From Acidimicrobiales bacterium (GTDB lineage: Bacteria > Actinomycetota > Acidimicrobiia > Acidimicrobiales > Aldehydirespiratoraceae), in NCBI GenBank assembly GCA_029247365.1, contig JAQWLJ010000002.1, positions 73,111 to 137,110 on the forward strand: a DNA stretch of 64,000 bases, in the 5' to 3' direction. Made by a program: the position numbers and the translations under genes. The stretch's first letter is position 1. Every line of letters begins with the position of its first letter. Below are positions 62,621 through 64,000 of this stretch, in pieces. The notes under the pieces are model-generated. The model searched no databases and was not told the DNA's origin. It saw only the letters and a list, made by a program, of their open reading frames with translations.

Positions 62621-63597
62621 TGCAGCCCTTCGGCGATCAGTCGGGAGAAATAGGTCAGGACCAGGTCGGCGCCGGCTCGCTTGATAGCCCCCACGTGCTC
62701 GAACGCAATCGCGTCGAGTTCGAGCCAGCCATGCTGGGCGGCGGCGTGCACCATCGCGTACTCGCCACTCACGTGGTACGCCGCGATCGGGATGTCGAGC
62801 TCCTGGCGGGCACGGGCGATGAGGTCGAGGTAGGGCATGGCGGGCTTGATCATCACCATGTCGGCACCTTCGCCGATGTCTTCTCGGATCTCTTCCATCG
62901 CCTCGCGGGTGTTGGCGACGTCTTGCTGGTACCCCTTGCGATTGCCGCCACCTTCGATGGTGACATCAACGGCGTCGCGGAACGGGCCGTAGAGGGCGGT
63001 GGCGAACTTGGCTGCGTAGGCGAGGATCGCGACCTGGTCGAAGCCGGCGTCGTCGAGCGCCTCGCGAATCGCAAAGACCTGGCCATCCATCATTCCGCTC
63101 GGCGCGCAGATGTCGGCCCCGGCGGTCGCCTGAGCAACGGCGATCTGCTCGTAGAGCTCGAGCGTGGCGTCGTTGTGGGGCTGACCGTGCTCGTCGAGCA
63201 CCCCGCAGTGCCCGTGGCTGGTGTACTCGTCGACGCACAGATCGGCGATTACCACGAGGTCGTCGCCGTGATCGTCCTTCAGATCCTGAATGGCCAGCTG
63301 AATGATGCCATCGGGATTCCACGCCTCGGAGCCTTCCGGGTCCTTGTGCTCAGGCAGACCGAACAAGACAACGGCTGGGACGCCAAGGCCGATGAGCTCG
63401 CTGACCTCCTGGCGGAGCGATTCGCGGGTGTGCTGGAACTGGCCAGGAAGCGAACTGATCGGGATTGGCGCGTCGCCGCCTTCCTTGACGAAGAGCGGCG
63501 CGATCAGGTCATCAGGATGCAGTCGGCTCTCGCGAACCATGCGACGAAGGGGCTCGGTACGACGAAGCCGACGGAGACGGCGCTGTGGGAAGGTCAC
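62617..63597 (-). CDS. hemB: Porphobilinogen synthase (ALA dehydratase)
   Basis: 326 aa. PQRRLRRLRR start, DLCVDEYTSHGHCG and MIKPAMPYLD blocks. 4-nt overlap with hemL. Confidence 0.9.
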   Translation of the reverse strand: MTFPQRRLRRLRRTEPLRRMVRESRLHPDDLIAPLFVKEGGDAPIPISSLPGQFQHTRESLRQEVSELIGLGVPAVVLFGLPEHKDPEGSEAWNPDGIIQLAIQDLKDDHGDDLVVIADLCVDEYTSHGHCGVLDEHGQPHNDATLELYEQIAVAQATAGADICAPSGMMDGQVFAIREALDDAGFDQVAILAYAAKFATALYGPFRDAVDVTIEGGGNRKGYQQDVANTREAMEEIREDIGEGADMVMIKPAMPYLDLIARARQELDIPIAAYHVSGEYAMVHAAAQHGWLELDAIAFEHVGAIKRAGADLVLTYFSRLIAEGLQ

Positions 63598-63694
63598 ATG
63601 CTGAGGCTAGCCATCCGCGAACTCTGTAGGCCACGGCGGCGTTGATGCATACGGTCGCCGCCGGCGCGAACCAGGTGGCCAGATCGGCGGACGG

Positions 63695-64000
63695 TCAGAG
63701 CGAGTCGAGGTGGGACACCACCGCATCGGCGAAGACCTGACAGCCGAGGACGATGTCGTCGTCATGAGAGTCCTCAGCGAAATCGTGACTCACCCCACCG
63801 ATGCTGGGGATGAAGAGCATGCCCGAGGGGATGTGCGGTGCGAACGTGTTGGCATCGTGGCCCGCGCCGCTGGGCATCTCGACCCAGGCGTCCGGGATCC
63901 GCCGCTCGGCAGCCGCACCGATAGCCCTGACGATCGTTGCATCCATCGTCACCGGGGCCATGCCCTTGTCGCCCCGCTCCATCGAGACGGCGCACGGACC
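63695..64000 (-). CDS. M20-family amidohydrolase (allantoate amidohydrolase / N-carbamoyl-amino-acid hydrolase type), C-terminal part only
   Basis: MPSGAGHDA block. The frame stays open to the window edge. Confidence 0.6.
   Translation of the reverse strand, partial: GPCAVSMERGDKGMAPVTMDATIVRAIGAAAERRIPDAWVEMPSGAGHDANTFAPHIPSGMLFIPSIGGVSHDFAEDSHDDDIVLGCQVFADAVVSHLDSL

Overview
GC-rich, GTG-start-rich bacterial chromosome segment, probably actinobacterial (Acidimicrobiia-like is only a guess). I found no rRNA, tRNA, CRISPR, transposase or integrase. About 65 CDS are supportable, in four blocks. (1) 1-7251: a tryptophan->NAD locus (kynU, kmo, kynA, then an ALDH, an atypical DHDPS-family gene, nadX, and convergent nadC). 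(2) 7384-15735: mixed accessory and housekeeping genes, including a translationally coupled PPOX / PhnZ-like HD / Rieske-oxygenase trio, asd, SDR, PIG-L and TetR. (3) 15969-51304: the main feature, a ~35 kb run of 35 minus-strand respiratory genes. In transcription order these are a b6-type split Rieske/cytochrome b complex with an extra 2x[4Fe-4S] ferredoxin and unknown membrane subunits, a complete 14-gene nuoA-N operon, a small His-free membrane protein plus a sulfite-oxidase-family Mo enzyme, one 256-nt gap, a second 11-gene nuo operon lacking nuoEFG, and a MidA/NDUFAF7-type methyltransferase. (4) 51592-64000: a divergent monohaem cytochrome c, a coupled pair of unknown proteins, ALDH / M19 dipeptidase / Ldh_2, pgi, a YceI-like protein, hemL-hemB and a partial M20 hydrolase. 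All family calls rest on motif and sequence recognition by eye; no searches were run. Many starts were re-placed using GTGA/ATGA overlaps with the upstream stop.
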